Below are positions 19,748 through 30,187 of a stretch of 64,000 nucleotides of DNA, one piece after another (position 1 is the stretch's first letter; the number at the start of each line of letters is the position of its first letter). Made by a program: the position numbers and the translations under genes. The stretch is from Chthonomonadaceae bacterium (GTDB lineage Bacteria > Armatimonadota > Chthonomonadetes > Chthonomonadales > Chthonomonadaceae). The stretch lies in the NCBI GenBank assembly GCA_035650735.1, contig DASRGZ010000115.1:1-64000 (forward strand), in the 5' to 3' direction. Below the pieces are notes generated by a model. It worked only from the letters and a program-made list of their open reading frames with translations, ran no database searches and was not told where the DNA came from.

Positions 19748-21583
19748 ATGCCGCTTGGAATGCTCGGAAAATATGAACGGCTGGATGTATTGGGCCATGG
19801 CGTCTCCGGCATCGTCTACCTGGCGAAGGACACTCTGCTCAACAAGCAGGTGGCGCTCAAAGAGGTGGACGTGCAGGCCGGCGACCTGCGCCGCTTTCTA
19901 GAAGAGGCCCGCGTCATGGATCGCCTGCGCCATCCCAACATCGTGCGCGTCAACAGTGTAGACCGCATTGATGGCAAGGTCGTCATCGCGATGGAATATG
20001 TGCGCGGCCAGAACCTCCAGGAGATCCTGCGCGCGGAGGGCCATCTGCCGCTCGACCGCGCCCTGGATATCGCCGCGCAGATCCTGGACGCGCTCGACTA
20101 CGCCCATCGGATGCAGACGGTTCACCGCGACATCAAGCCCGCCAACATTCTCCTCAGCCGGGAGGGAACGGTCAAGCTGGTGGATTTTGGACTGGCCGAG
20201 ATCCTGGCGACCAACGCCTACGCGGGTGGAGCGGGCACCTACGCCTACATGGCCCCGGAAGATTTCGCCGAAGAGGAGCGCTCCGACAACCAGTCGGATA
20301 TATGGGCCGTTGGCGTCACGCTCTACGAGATGCTGACCGGGCAGCGGCCCTTTCAGGTGGCGAAGGCCAAAGACCCCTTCTCCTGGAAGCGCGCCTTAGA
20401 GACGCAAGCCCCCACGCCGCTGACCGCATATTTGCCAGGCGCACCGGCTGAGCTGCAAGCCGTCCTGGATCGCGCGCTGGCCCGCGACAAGCGGCAGCGC
20501 TACCAGACGGCGGGCGAATTCCGGGAGGATATACTGGGCCTACGTGAAGCGTTCGCGCTGCATCCGCCCCAGATGGCCAGCGTCGTCCAACCGGCGGCGT
20601 CTCCCTTCAGGGCGCCGGAGGAAGAGGACGACCTGGAGACCCGCAACGGGGTCGGCAGCGCGCCGGAAGTCCCGCCGCTGGGGGTTTTGCCCCCGCGCAC
20701 CGAAACGGGCCTGCTCGTCGCCGACGTGAATTCGCTGGCCGGGGAGGAACGCGCGGCCTCGGAGGCGAATAAGACTCGCAAATCCAGGTTGCCGTTCGTG
20801 GGCCGCAAGCAGGAGGCGGCGCGACTCATCGTGGAGCCCGTCAGCGTGGATTTTGGCGCCGTACGCAAGGGCGAGCAGCGCTCCGTTCGGCTGCAGGCGC
20901 GCGTGATGGGCCTGGAGGGCCGCGTTCGGGGCCGCGTGGTGCATCGGCCCGGCTGGCTGAGCGTGCATCCCACCTCCTTCGACCGGACCCGCCAGGCGAT
21001 CACCCTGACCGCCCATTCCGAGCGCGCCTGGATGACGGGCGACTTTCAGGAGAGCGTGCGCGTGGAGACCGAGGCCGGCACGGCCACGATCCCCATCCAC
21101 CTGACGGTAATTAAGCCGCGCCCGACCTTCTGGCAGATCGCCGCGTGGTACGTGCCGTTATTTGTCTCGGCGCTGCTGCCGGTGCTGGCGGTCGCCTTCG
21201 GCAACGGCCAGCGCGCCGTCTCGATGCACGCCGCTCAGTTGGTGCCGCCCGCTGCCACCGCATCGGGACTGCTCTCGCTGATGCTGCTGCTGATCGGCAT
21301 CGCGGCGGACATCGGCATCGCCGAGCGGATCGCCTGCGGGATCGTGGCGGTGGTGATGGGCCTGGTGCTTGGCGTCTCGATGGGCGCCCCGTATGTCGAG
21401 CTCGCGCATCCACTGATGCAGCAGCGCGTTCTCGTGACGGGCGGTATCATCGGCGCGGTGCTGGCCTTACAGATGCTCTATCTTTCGCGCTGGAAGTTCT
21501 GGGCGCTGGTGCTGGTCGGCCTGGGAGTGCTGATCGGCGGCACGTTCCTGCGCGTTTTGTATGGTATCAATTTGAGGGTATAA
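19748..21583 (+). CDS. Hanks-type Ser/Thr protein kinase with C-terminal membrane helices
   Basis: VALKEV, HRDIKPAN, DFGLA, GTYAYMAPE and SDIWAVG motifs. Confidence 0.95.
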   Translation: MPLGMLGKYERLDVLGHGVSGIVYLAKDTLLNKQVALKEVDVQAGDLRRFLEEARVMDRLRHPNIVRVNSVDRIDGKVVIAMEYVRGQNLQEILRAEGHLPLDRALDIAAQILDALDYAHRMQTVHRDIKPANILLSREGTVKLVDFGLAEILATNAYAGGAGTYAYMAPEDFAEEERSDNQSDIWAVGVTLYEMLTGQRPFQVAKAKDPFSWKRALETQAPTPLTAYLPGAPAELQAVLDRALARDKRQRYQTAGEFREDILGLREAFALHPPQMASVVQPAASPFRAPEEEDDLETRNGVGSAPEVPPLGVLPPRTETGLLVADVNSLAGEERAASEANKTRKSRLPFVGRKQEAARLIVEPVSVDFGAVRKGEQRSVRLQARVMGLEGRVRGRVVHRPGWLSVHPTSFDRTRQAITLTAHSERAWMTGDFQESVRVETEAGTATIPIHLTVIKPRPTFWQIAAWYVPLFVSALLPVLAVAFGNGQRAVSMHAAQLVPPAATASGLLSLMLLLIGIAADIGIAERIACGIVAVVMGLVLGVSMGAPYVELAHPLMQQRVLVTGGIIGAVLALQMLYLSRWKFWALVLVGLGVLIGGTFLRVLYGINLRV

Positions 21584-21688
21584 AACAAAGTCGCAACGGC
21601 GGGAGGGATACACGGATGCAGCCAATGCCTGTCCCGCCGCGGCGCCTTCTTGATGGTCATTGTCGCAAAGACAGGAGTCAGACACACA

Positions 21689-23245
21689 ATGCAATTGGTG
21701 CGTAAGTACCTGAACTATATCATTTTCGGCGTGGTGGTGCTGCTGGTCGTGGGATTGGCCGTCAACCACAGCCGCCATATGCGCGCTCTGGTGGACTCGC
21801 TCTCCAGCAGCGATCCGTCGGTGCGGCGGGCGGCAGCCAGCGAGCTGATCGCGGGCGAACAGTTCTCGGACGCCATCACCGGCGAGCCGATCAGCACGCG
21901 CATCCAGGCGGCGGAGGCGCTGGAAGTTCTCGGCAACGACAAGGCCGTCAAGCAGCTGATCGCCATGCTCAAAGACCCGGACAAGCCGGTGCGCGACCGC
22001 GTAACGCAGGCGCTGGAGAAGATCGGGGGCAACTCCGACGCCAATATCAAGGAGCTGGTCGTCGGCCTTAAGGATGGCGATGCCTACGTTCGCAAGGGCA
22101 CGATCACCGCGCTCACCGACCCGCAGAACGGCATCGGGCCTAAGCCCGGCGTCATCGCGGCGATTGTGGACATTATGAAACGGGAAGCCGGGGCGCGTGG
22201 GCCGGGCGGCGACGTGCTGGGCAGCCCGAAATTCACGCAGGACGTATCAGCCCGCAAGGAGAGCGTCCGCCTGCTGACCGACCAGCTTAAGGATAAGGAT
22301 GATGGCGTGCGCGGCGGCGCGGCGGACGCCCTGGGCAAGGTGGGCGACCCCGAAGCGGTTGCCACGCTCAAGACGGTGATGCACACCGATCCTTCGCCCT
22401 CGGTACGCCGCATCGCCATCGGCGCGATTGCCCTGATCGCCGATAAGTCCGGTGAGGACGCGCTGACGGAGGCGATCAAGAACCCGAACGACGATAGCGA
22501 AGCCCGCGCGCAGGCCGCCGCCGGATTGGGCAAGATCGCCACGCCGACCGCCGTTGCCACGCTGGTTCAGGCGCTCAACGACGACGACCTGAAGCTGCGC
22601 TCCGCCGCCGTCGCGGCCCTGGCGCGCGCCGGACGCCCGACCCCCAACGGCCCGACCAATCCACAGGTTATCGCCGCCTTGAACCAGGCGCTGCGCGACC
22701 AGCGCGCCAGCGTGCGGCTTGGCGCGGCGCAGGCGCTGCAAGCCATCGCCACGCCGGAAGCCAACAGTGGGCTGATCGCCGTCCTGGAATCGGACCAGGG
22801 CGCGACGGAGGACGCCGATATGAAGGCGGCGGTGCGCTCGGCGGCGGCGACGGCGCTGGGCTTTCCCGGCAATAAGGCGGCGGTCGCTCCGCTTATCAAG
22901 GCCCTGAGCGATCCGTCGGGCGACGTGGCGACGGCGGCGCAGAACGCGCTGGTCGCCATTGGGCCCGATGCCACCGAGGCACTGATCGCCGTGCTGCGCA
23001 AGGGCGGCACCGAGGCGCTGTATGCAGCCAAAGCCCTGTCAAGCCAGGGGCCGTCCGTCCTGCCGGCCCTGAAGAAGGCGGCGGGTGAGAATAATCCGAC
23101 CGAACAGCGCTGGGCGGCGGTAGCGCTGGGCGATCTAGGTGTCGCCGATGCGCGCCCGGTTCTGGAGCAGTTGAAGAGCAGCAGCGATCCTGATGTTGCC
23201 TACGTCGCCGGGCAGGAACTGGACAAGCTGGGTCGGACACAGTAG
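21689..23245 (+). CDS. Membrane-anchored HEAT/PBS-lyase repeat protein
   Basis: Repeated L.D.D..VR..AA.ALG motifs; N-terminal TM helix. Confidence 0.88.
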   Translation: MQLVRKYLNYIIFGVVVLLVVGLAVNHSRHMRALVDSLSSSDPSVRRAAASELIAGEQFSDAITGEPISTRIQAAEALEVLGNDKAVKQLIAMLKDPDKPVRDRVTQALEKIGGNSDANIKELVVGLKDGDAYVRKGTITALTDPQNGIGPKPGVIAAIVDIMKREAGARGPGGDVLGSPKFTQDVSARKESVRLLTDQLKDKDDGVRGGAADALGKVGDPEAVATLKTVMHTDPSPSVRRIAIGAIALIADKSGEDALTEAIKNPNDDSEARAQAAAGLGKIATPTAVATLVQALNDDDLKLRSAAVAALARAGRPTPNGPTNPQVIAALNQALRDQRASVRLGAAQALQAIATPEANSGLIAVLESDQGATEDADMKAAVRSAAATALGFPGNKAAVAPLIKALSDPSGDVATAAQNALVAIGPDATEALIAVLRKGGTEALYAAKALSSQGPSVLPALKKAAGENNPTEQRWAAVALGDLGVADARPVLEQLKSSSDPDVAYVAGQELDKLGRTQ

Positions 23246-23428
23246 CCGGACCATGAATGACCCATCTGGTGGGCCTAACGGCCAGCCGGGCACGGAAAGT
23301 GCCCGTCTGGTGGGCGGCTCTGCCGCCAACCGTCCTTGCGGACGGAACACCTGGCTTTACTGGGCGTCCGCGAGGATGCCTGGCCGTAGGCCACACAGAC
23401 GGGTATTTTTAATGCCCGGTATTTTTTC

Positions 23429-23510
23429 GGTAGACACTCCCAGCCGTGTGGATCAATCTCACGCAGCCTGCTGCTGAGGAGATACGTCAACACCGTTGGG
23501 AGCGATTACC
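23429..23510. mobile_element. 82-bp MITE (family M2), copy 2
   Basis: One mismatch to 9397-9478; 8-bp direct repeat ATTTTTTC on both sides. Confidence 0.85.
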
Positions 23511-23610
23511 ATTTTTTCTGGATGAAGCAGCGCAAGAAGGCAAAATTCCCGCTTGACAGCACCCCTCCAAACATGTTATTCTGTACCGATAATTCAATAG
23601 TATAGCGAAG

Positions 23611-23736
23611 CTTCTTATCAAGAGTGGTCGAGGGAACCGGCCCGATGACACCACAACAACCACCCCTCTTCGCAGGAAGACGGGCAGGTGCTAAATCCGG
23701 GCAGTCTGCGATTTCTGCTAGCTGCAAGATAAGGGG
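23611..23736 (+). ncRNA. SAM-I (S-box) riboswitch
   Basis: CTTATCAAGAG..GAGGGA..GGCCCGATGA..CAACC..GGTGCTAAATCC..AAGATAAG consensus, upstream of metK. Confidence 0.93.
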
Positions 23737-23807
23737 CGTAGAGGCGTTGCGTGATGGAGTGGCAGAATTGCCTGCTGTGACTCCCTCGCTATCCACCGCC
23801 GTTACGG

Positions 23808-23838
23808 CCTCTTCTGCATCGCAGAAGGGGTTTTTATT
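23808..23838 (+). terminator. Intrinsic terminator in the metK leader (probable riboswitch expression platform)
   Basis: CTTCTGC-ATC-GCAGAAG stem followed by GGGTTTTTATTT. Confidence 0.6.
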
Positions 23839-23999
23839 TGCCTGTCCATTCGCGTGTCATTGCGATTGACCACCCTTGCGGTGGAAAATCGAGACTCCAA
23901 TCCAACTCGCAGGGAGACAGGACAGAAGCTCGCTATCGGCTCAAAACAACCGAGTGGCAGAACGCCCTGCGGCGTTCCGCCGGAGAAAGGAAGCCTGGA

Positions 24000-25166
24000 A
24001 TGCCTGAGTACAATCTGTTCACCTCCGAAAGCGTTACCGAGGGACATCCTGACAAGCTCGCCGATCAGATCAGCGATGCCGTCCTGGACGAACTGCTCAA
24101 GCAAGACAAGAACTCGCGCGTGGCGTTGGAGACGTTTCTGACGCGCGGCCTCTGCGTGGTTGGCGGCGAGCTGACCACCCACGCCTACGTCGAGATCGCC
24201 GACGTAGTGCGCCGCACCATCGTCGCCGTCGGCTATGACCGCACTGACCACGGCTTTGACGGGCACACCTGCGGCGTGATGCTGGCCATTCAGCAGCAGT
24301 CGCCCGACATCGCTATGGGCGTGGATCGCGCCAACCCGTATGATCAGGGTGCGGGCGACCAGGGCCTGATGTTCGGCTACGCGACCACCGAAACCGAGCA
24401 GTTGATGCCGCTGCCGATCACCCTCGCCCATGACCTGACCCGTCAGTTGACCGAGGCGCGCCGCCGACACCCGGAGCTGGGCTTCCGGCCCGACGGCAAG
24501 TCCCAGGTGACCATCGCCTACGACGAGAACAACAAGCCGCAATATATTGATACCATCGTCATCTCGGCCCAGCACGAGCCCAACCAGACGCAGGCGAGCG
24601 TGCGCGCCAATGTCCTGGAGTACGTGATCAAGCCGGTGCTGAAAAAGTACGATCAATACGTGCAGGGCGACATCAAGTACTTCATCAACCCGACGGGCAA
24701 GTTCGTCATCGGTGGGCCGCAGGCAGACACCGGCGTGACGGGCCGCAAGATCATTGTGGATACCTACGGCGGCGCCTCCCGTCATGGCGGCGGCGCCTTC
24801 TCCGGCAAAGATCCGTCGAAGGTTGACCGCTCGGCGGCCTATACCGCCCGGTATATCGCCAAGAACATCGTCGCGGCAGGACTGGCAGAGCGCGTCGAGC
24901 TTCAGATTGCCTATGCCATCGGCGTAGCCGAGCCGGTCAGCCTGCTGGTGGAAACGTTCGGCACCGGCAAGCTGCCGGGCCGCGAGATCGCCGCGCGCGT
25001 CCGCAAGGCGGTAGACCTGCGCCCGCGCGCCATGATCGAGCGCCTGTGCCTGCTCAGCCCGGAGAGCGTCCAGTATATTAAAACGGCCAAGAACGGGCAC
25101 TTCGGCCATCCCGAATTCCCGTGGGAGCAGACCGATCTGGTGGAGGCGCTTCAGCAGTCCGCCTAA
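24000..25166 (+). CDS. metK: S-adenosylmethionine synthetase
   Basis: [19 protein letters not shown] and [16 protein letters not shown] motifs. Confidence 0.98.
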   Translation: MPEYNLFTSESVTEGHPDKLADQISDAVLDELLKQDKNSRVALETFLTRGLCVVGGELTTHAYVEIADVVRRTIVAVGYDRTDHGFDGHTCGVMLAIQQQSPDIAMGVDRANPYDQGAGDQGLMFGYATTETEQLMPLPITLAHDLTRQLTEARRRHPELGFRPDGKSQVTIAYDENNKPQYIDTIVISAQHEPNQTQASVRANVLEYVIKPVLKKYDQYVQGDIKYFINPTGKFVIGGPQADTGVTGRKIIVDTYGGASRHGGGAFSGKDPSKVDRSAAYTARYIAKNIVAAGLAERVELQIAYAIGVAEPVSLLVETFGTGKLPGREIAARVRKAVDLRPRAMIERLCLLSPESVQYIKTAKNGHFGHPEFPWEQTDLVEALQQSA

Positions 25167-25181
25167 CCCCTGGCCCTTCTG

Positions 25182-25261
25182 GACCTAACCCCCCGGCCCC
25201 CACTGCCAGGGCCGAGCCTACAATGGTTCAGCCCTGGCAGTGGGGGCCGGGGGGTTAGGTC
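25182..25261. repeat. REP-like palindromic repeat, family A
   Basis: GACCTAACCCCCCGGCCCCCACTGCCAGGG...CCCTGGCAGTGGGGGCCGGGGGGTTAGGTC, between convergent genes. Confidence 0.8.
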
Positions 25262-25282
25262 TTCTGGGAGGTAAATCAGGCC

Positions 25283-26287
25283 TTAATCGCGCAGGGGCAA
25301 TGTGACGGGGGCCTGCTGTTCCGCCGAGCGGTAAGCCGCAAAGGCGACCTCCGCCGCCCGCAATCCATCTTCGCCGGTGATGGGTACGGGTTCGCCGTTG
25401 GCAATAGCCTGGGCGAAGGCGCCGATCAGGCCGTCGTCCATGTTGCCGCCCCAGTTGAGCCACTCGACCCGGTTGTCCTGATCGGAGTAGAGAACCAGAT
25501 TCTGCGCGAACATATCCATCGAGAGCGTGCCGTTATCACAGACGACCTCTAGGGTCACGTCGCCCCAAGTGGGGAACACCTTCGGGCGCGACCACGAGGC
25601 GTCCAGCGTGCCGACAACCCCCTGTTGGAACGTCAGGCTGAGGAAGCCGACATCGTCGAACTCCTGGTGGCCGATGCCGTTGCTCATCTCGGCATAGACC
25701 TCCTTGACCTCATCCTTTAAAATCCAGCGCATCAGGTCCGTGACATGGACAGTATGGTCTATCGTCGCGCCCCCGCCCGATTCGGATTTCACCGTAAACC
25801 ATCCGCCGGGATTGCGCCCTCGGTTGGTGCCCCGAAAGGCAAGGATATTTCCGGCCTGCCCGCTCTCCAGCGCCACCTTCATGCGCTGCATTACCGGCGA
25901 GTAGCGGCAGGGAAACGCCGTCATGAGCTGCACGCCCGCCTGTTTGCAGGCCGCGATCATTGCTTCGCCGTCGGCGATGGAGGTGGCGAGCGGCTTTTCG
26001 CAGAGGACGTGCTTGCCGGCCTGAGCGGCCATCTCGGTCAGGGGGCGGTGGCGCGCATTCTCCGAGCAGATGACGACGGCATCCAGGTCGGGCACACTGA
26101 GCAGCGCCTCGTAGCTCTCGAACGCTTTCGTCCCGAATCGTTGGGCTATCGCCTGCGCGCGGGCCGGATCATGATCCGCAATGCCGACCATCTCCGTGTC
26201 GGGTCGAGTGACGATGCTGTGGGCGTAGCTTCCGGCATGCAGATGCGCGAACGACATCATCCCGAATCGTACCTTGCGTTGTGCCAT
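25283..26287 (-). CDS. Gfo/Idh/MocA family oxidoreductase
   Basis: GKHVLCEKPLA and GGGATIDHTVH motifs. Confidence 0.9.
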   Translation of the reverse strand: MAQRKVRFGMMSFAHLHAGSYAHSIVTRPDTEMVGIADHDPARAQAIAQRFGTKAFESYEALLSVPDLDAVVICSENARHRPLTEMAAQAGKHVLCEKPLATSIADGEAMIAACKQAGVQLMTAFPCRYSPVMQRMKVALESGQAGNILAFRGTNRGRNPGGWFTVKSESGGGATIDHTVHVTDLMRWILKDEVKEVYAEMSNGIGHQEFDDVGFLSLTFQQGVVGTLDASWSRPKVFPTWGDVTLEVVCDNGTLSMDMFAQNLVLYSDQDNRVEWLNWGGNMDDGLIGAFAQAIANGEPVPITGEDGLRAAEVAFAAYRSAEQQAPVTLPLRD

Positions 26288-26376
26288 CTTCGCTGTTCCT
26301 CTCTTCTAACTTCCGTGCATTTCCTCCTGAGGTTCCCTATCGCCGCATCAGGAGGTTTAGATAAGGAAAGGCTGCC

Positions 26377-27270
26377 CTAATCCAGGCTCTTCTGAACGGC
26401 GGCGCGCATCTTTTCCAGGCCGGTGCGGGCTACCGTCAGGGCATCCTGCTGCCAATAGTCCTTGTTGAAGAGCTCCAGAGACAGCGCGCCGTGAAAGCCG
26501 ATATCCTTCAGAGCGCGCAGGATGGCGGAAAGAGGCGCGATGCCGTCGCCGGGATAGACGCGGTCGGCGTCGCCGATGGTCTCGCGCGGTGGATGGGCCG
26601 GGTAGTCGTTCATGTGCAGCACGTGCATGGCGTTACCGTTGAGCAGCCGCAGGCCCGTATAGTCCGAGCCGCCTTTGTAGAGGTGGTACACATCCGCCAG
26701 AATGCAGGCCTGCGGATGCCCGCTCTCGATGGCGACCAGCGCCGCCTGTCCGAGCCGGTTAAGAATCTGCGAGAAGCCCCAGACCTCTACCTGCGGAACC
26801 ACGCCCATCCGCTCGCCCAGCTCCAGCACCGCCCGATAGCGTTCCGCCGCCTGGAGCAGATCCAGATCCGGCTGATTGGTGGCGCCAAAGGGCGGCGCGG
26901 CGATCCGCTTGCCGCCGAGTTGGGCCACAAGATCCATATCGCGCCGCATCTGCTCCAATCCCCTGGCGCGGCGCGTATCGTCGTCCACGATCCATTCCGC
27001 GAAGCCTATCGCGCTCTCGACCGTCAGGCCCCGATCCCGGAGGCGCTGCTCCAGGTCTTTGAGAGAACCGCCTGCCTCCACATGCCGCTCGATTTCGGCG
27101 ATCCAGGGCTCTATGGCCTGGTAGCCCGCCTGGGCCGCGATCTCTATCTCTTCCACCAGAGAGAGCTTGTGTCCCTGGAGGGTACTGGTATTCAGGCAAT
27201 AACGGAAGGGTTCAGATTGCGGGCGGGTCTCTGCCGCCGCAGGGCTTGCTGCCATCGTGCTCACCTCCAT
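26377..27270 (-). CDS. Sugar phosphate isomerase/epimerase (xylose-isomerase-like TIM barrel)
   Basis: DVYHLYKGG, HMND, PGDG and SLELF motifs. Confidence 0.85.
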   Translation of the reverse strand: MEVSTMAASPAAAETRPQSEPFRYCLNTSTLQGHKLSLVEEIEIAAQAGYQAIEPWIAEIERHVEAGGSLKDLEQRLRDRGLTVESAIGFAEWIVDDDTRRARGLEQMRRDMDLVAQLGGKRIAAPPFGATNQPDLDLLQAAERYRAVLELGERMGVVPQVEVWGFSQILNRLGQAALVAIESGHPQACILADVYHLYKGGSDYTGLRLLNGNAMHVLHMNDYPAHPPRETIGDADRVYPGDGIAPLSAILRALKDIGFHGALSLELFNKDYWQQDALTVARTGLEKMRAAVQKSLD

Positions 27271-27415
27271 GACCTTGCGCCAGGGCGGCGCGCCTCCTTA
27301 CTTTCCCCGCTCTCAGACCGTTGTCCTTCCCATTTTGGGAGTGAATGGCTCCGGAGCGCGTTGACGCCCGGCGAAGGGGAATGCTATAATGGCGGCGTAG
27401 CCAGAGGAGGATGAC

Positions 27416-28339
27416 ATGAACATCGTCTCGCTTTTGCCCAGCGCGACGGAGATCATCTGTGCGCTTGGCCTGGAAGCGGAACTGGTAGGCGTGACCCATG
27501 AATGCGACTACCCATCACAGGTAACACGCCTACCTAAGGTGACGCGCACGCTGATACCCCACGACGCGACTAGCGCAGAGATTGATGCCCTGGTACGTGA
27601 GCGGCTGAAGACACAGCGCGCCCTCTACACTTTGGACATGGAGACTCTGGAGCGCCTGCGCCCGGATCTGATCGTCACCCAGGCGCTCTGCGATGTCTGC
27701 GCCGTGGCGGAAGAGGAGGTGCGCGAGGCGGCCTGCCGTCTGCCGGGCCAGCCGCGCGTCCTCAACCTGGAGCCGATGACGCTGGAGGATGTGCTGCAGA
27801 GCATCCTGCTCGTGGGCGAGGCGACGGGCAGGCAGGAACGGGCTGCGGGCCTGGTGCGGGAACTCGTCGCGCGTGTCCGGCGCGTGGCGGAGCGCTCAGA
27901 GCCACTGGCCTATCGCCCTCGCGTGACGCTGCTGGAGTGGATTGATCCGCCCTTTACCTGCGGACACTGGAGCCCAGAACTGGTCACGCTGGCGGGAGGC
28001 ATCGAGGGCCTCGGACAGGCGGGCATGTCCTCCCGCACCCTGCGCTGGGAGGAGCTGATGGCCTGGCAGCCGGAAGTTCTCTTCATCGCCTGCTGCGGCT
28101 ATAGCGTGGAGCGCACCCTGCAAGATCTGCCTATCTTGACGCGGCGGCCCGGCTGGGAGGCGCTGCCGTGCGTGCAGAGCGGGCGCATCTATGTCGTGGA
28201 CGGCTCACACTACTTCAGCCGTCCGGGGCCGCGCCTGGTAGACAGCCTGGAGATGCTAGCCTATGGGCTGCACCCGGACATTCATCTGTTGCCACCCGGG
28301 ATCCCCGTGCCGCTCCAGATAGATATGACAACACGTTAG
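27416..28339 (+). CDS. BtuF-like cobalamin/iron periplasmic-binding-fold protein
   Basis: IVSLLPSATEI, GVTHECDYP and YFSRPGPRL motifs. Confidence 0.82.
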   Translation: MNIVSLLPSATEIICALGLEAELVGVTHECDYPSQVTRLPKVTRTLIPHDATSAEIDALVRERLKTQRALYTLDMETLERLRPDLIVTQALCDVCAVAEEEVREAACRLPGQPRVLNLEPMTLEDVLQSILLVGEATGRQERAAGLVRELVARVRRVAERSEPLAYRPRVTLLEWIDPPFTCGHWSPELVTLAGGIEGLGQAGMSSRTLRWEELMAWQPEVLFIACCGYSVERTLQDLPILTRRPGWEALPCVQSGRIYVVDGSHYFSRPGPRLVDSLEMLAYGLHPDIHLLPPGIPVPLQIDMTTR

Positions 28340-29154
28340 GGGCCGGCTGCGGTCGCGCCGCCATCTACAACCAGGTTATGTCCGCTGACGTGGGCCGCTT
28401 CGTCTGAGGCCAGGTACAGCGCCGCATAGGCGATATCTTCCGGGCGTCCCGACTCCCGCAGCCGAGAGCGCGGTGCGGGCGCTGTGGACGCCGCCTGCGG
28501 CCTCTCCTCTATTGTCGCGGCGGGAGACGGCACGCTGGGGGCACGGGCTAGGGCGGGCTCCAGGCGCGCGGTATTTTCGCCTAATCGCGTCGTGATCGCT
28601 CCCGGACTGATAGCGTTGGCGCGAATGTTGTGCTCGGCGTAGTCCACCGCAATCTGGCGCGTCAGGCCGATCAGGGCGGCCTTAGAGGCGGCATAGGCGG
28701 CGTAGTTCGGGAAGCCGAACATCCCCTGGATGGAGGCCACGTTAATGATCGAGCCGCCTCCGCGCCGGATCATATGCGGGATGGCGAACCGGCAGGTAAG
28801 GTAAGCGCCAGCGAGGTTGACATCTAGCACCCGGTGCCAACGCTCCGGATCGGTATTCACGACTGTGCCCTGCACGTCAATGCCCGCGCAGTTAACCAGG
28901 ATATCCAATCCACCGTAGCGCTCTACCGTTCCCTCCACCAGGAAGGCCGCTTCCGCCTCTTTGCTGATGTCGGTGAGGACAAAGAAGGCGTCGCCGCCGT
29001 CGGCGCGGATGGAGGCTACGCACGACTCGCCGGCGGACACATCGCGGTCCGCCACCACCACGCGCGCCCCCTCACGGGCAAATAAGAGCGCGGTCGCGCG
29101 GCCAATCCCGTTCGCGCCGCCGGTAACAATCGCAACCTTCTGTTCCAGCCGCAT
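28336..29154 (-). CDS. Short-chain dehydrogenase/reductase
   Basis: TGGANGIG and YAASK motifs. Confidence 0.92.
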   Translation of the reverse strand: MRLEQKVAIVTGGANGIGRATALLFAREGARVVVADRDVSAGESCVASIRADGGDAFFVLTDISKEAEAAFLVEGTVERYGGLDILVNCAGIDVQGTVVNTDPERWHRVLDVNLAGAYLTCRFAIPHMIRRGGGSIINVASIQGMFGFPNYAAYAASKAALIGLTRQIAVDYAEHNIRANAISPGAITTRLGENTARLEPALARAPSVPSPAATIEERPQAASTAPAPRSRLRESGRPEDIAYAALYLASDEAAHVSGHNLVVDGGATAAGP

Positions 29155-29192
29155 GTTATCCTCCTTTTGCTAATGGGGTTAGGTCAACCAGT

Positions 29193-30071
29193 TCAGGGAG
29201 TGCCGCTGAGCAGATGATGCAGGGCCTGGATGTCATGCTGGAGGAAAGGCTCGGGATTGTCCGCGTTCGCCTCAAACTCCAGCGCGACAACGCCCCGGTA
29301 GTGAATGCGGTCGAGCGCCTTGAAGAGGCCGATGGTATCCAGCAGCCCGCCGCTCTCTCCTATCTCGGCAAACTCCTTCGTTTTCCCATCTGAGCCGTTT
29401 TTCAAATTCACCAGATGCAGGCCATAGAGCCGACTTCCCGACTGCTCGGCGGCATTGACCGGGCTCTGATCGGAGCGCAGATAACTGCCCGTATCCACGC
29501 ACATGCCGATGCGCGGACTATAGTTTTTAATAGTGGACAACATCTGCTGCCAGTCGTTGAAGTGCGGACTGTCGGACGGCTGGTTGACGATGCCGATACG
29601 AACCCGGTACTCCTGCGCCAGCCTATCCAGCAGGGAGAGCGAGTCCGGGGTCGGGTTGGCCGTGAGGGTGCGGATGCGCATGTCCCTGGCAAAGGCGAGC
29701 TTGCGGCGGGCGTCAGCTTCATCATTGGTGAAATCCACCACACCATAGCTGGGCATACGGATGTTGTGCGCTTTGAGTTTGTCCTGGTACCCGGCGATCA
29801 CTTTCGGGTCATCGCTAACGGGGAAGTGGCCGGGGAAGCCCTCCCACCAGCGCAGCCCCAACGTCTGCGTTTTTGCCAGCGCATCGTCCACGTTGAAATT
29901 GCGCAGGGTATAGGACTGAACGCCCATGCGGAACCTGGCGTAGAGCGGAGCGCCCTGGCTTTGCTGGGCGAAGGCTCTCTTCGGCAGCAACAGCAGGCTG
30001 GCCGCGCCGAGGGCCGCGCTGCGAAGGAAAGCGCGGCGCGATAAGGAATGGGAATCGCGTTCGAATCTCAT
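29193..30071 (-). CDS. Tat-exported sugar phosphate isomerase/epimerase-like TIM barrel protein
   Basis: SRRAFL Tat motif; GVQSYTLR; ALEFE. Some usual metal-binding His residues appear substituted. Confidence 0.75.
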   Translation of the reverse strand: MRFERDSHSLSRRAFLRSAALGAASLLLLPKRAFAQQSQGAPLYARFRMGVQSYTLRNFNVDDALAKTQTLGLRWWEGFPGHFPVSDDPKVIAGYQDKLKAHNIRMPSYGVVDFTNDEADARRKLAFARDMRIRTLTANPTPDSLSLLDRLAQEYRVRIGIVNQPSDSPHFNDWQQMLSTIKNYSPRIGMCVDTGSYLRSDQSPVNAAEQSGSRLYGLHLVNLKNGSDGKTKEFAEIGESGGLLDTIGLFKALDRIHYRGVVALEFEANADNPEPFLQHDIQALHHLLSGTP

Positions 30072-30187
30072 GGTGCTTCTCTCCTTACTGGGGCCGCCGG
30101 GACGGTACACGGCCCGGAAGCAATGGCAGGTCATGCTCTCCTGCCGTTGCCTATTACGACCTCCGAGAGAGAAAGTTCGTGCCGCCA

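Noticed and set aside
23802..25109. Long antisense ORFs (e.g. 23802-25109, 10953-12272, 47113-48090, 62437-63522)
   Set aside because: These are shadow ORFs opposite well-supported genes in high-GC DNA, with no recognisable motifs.
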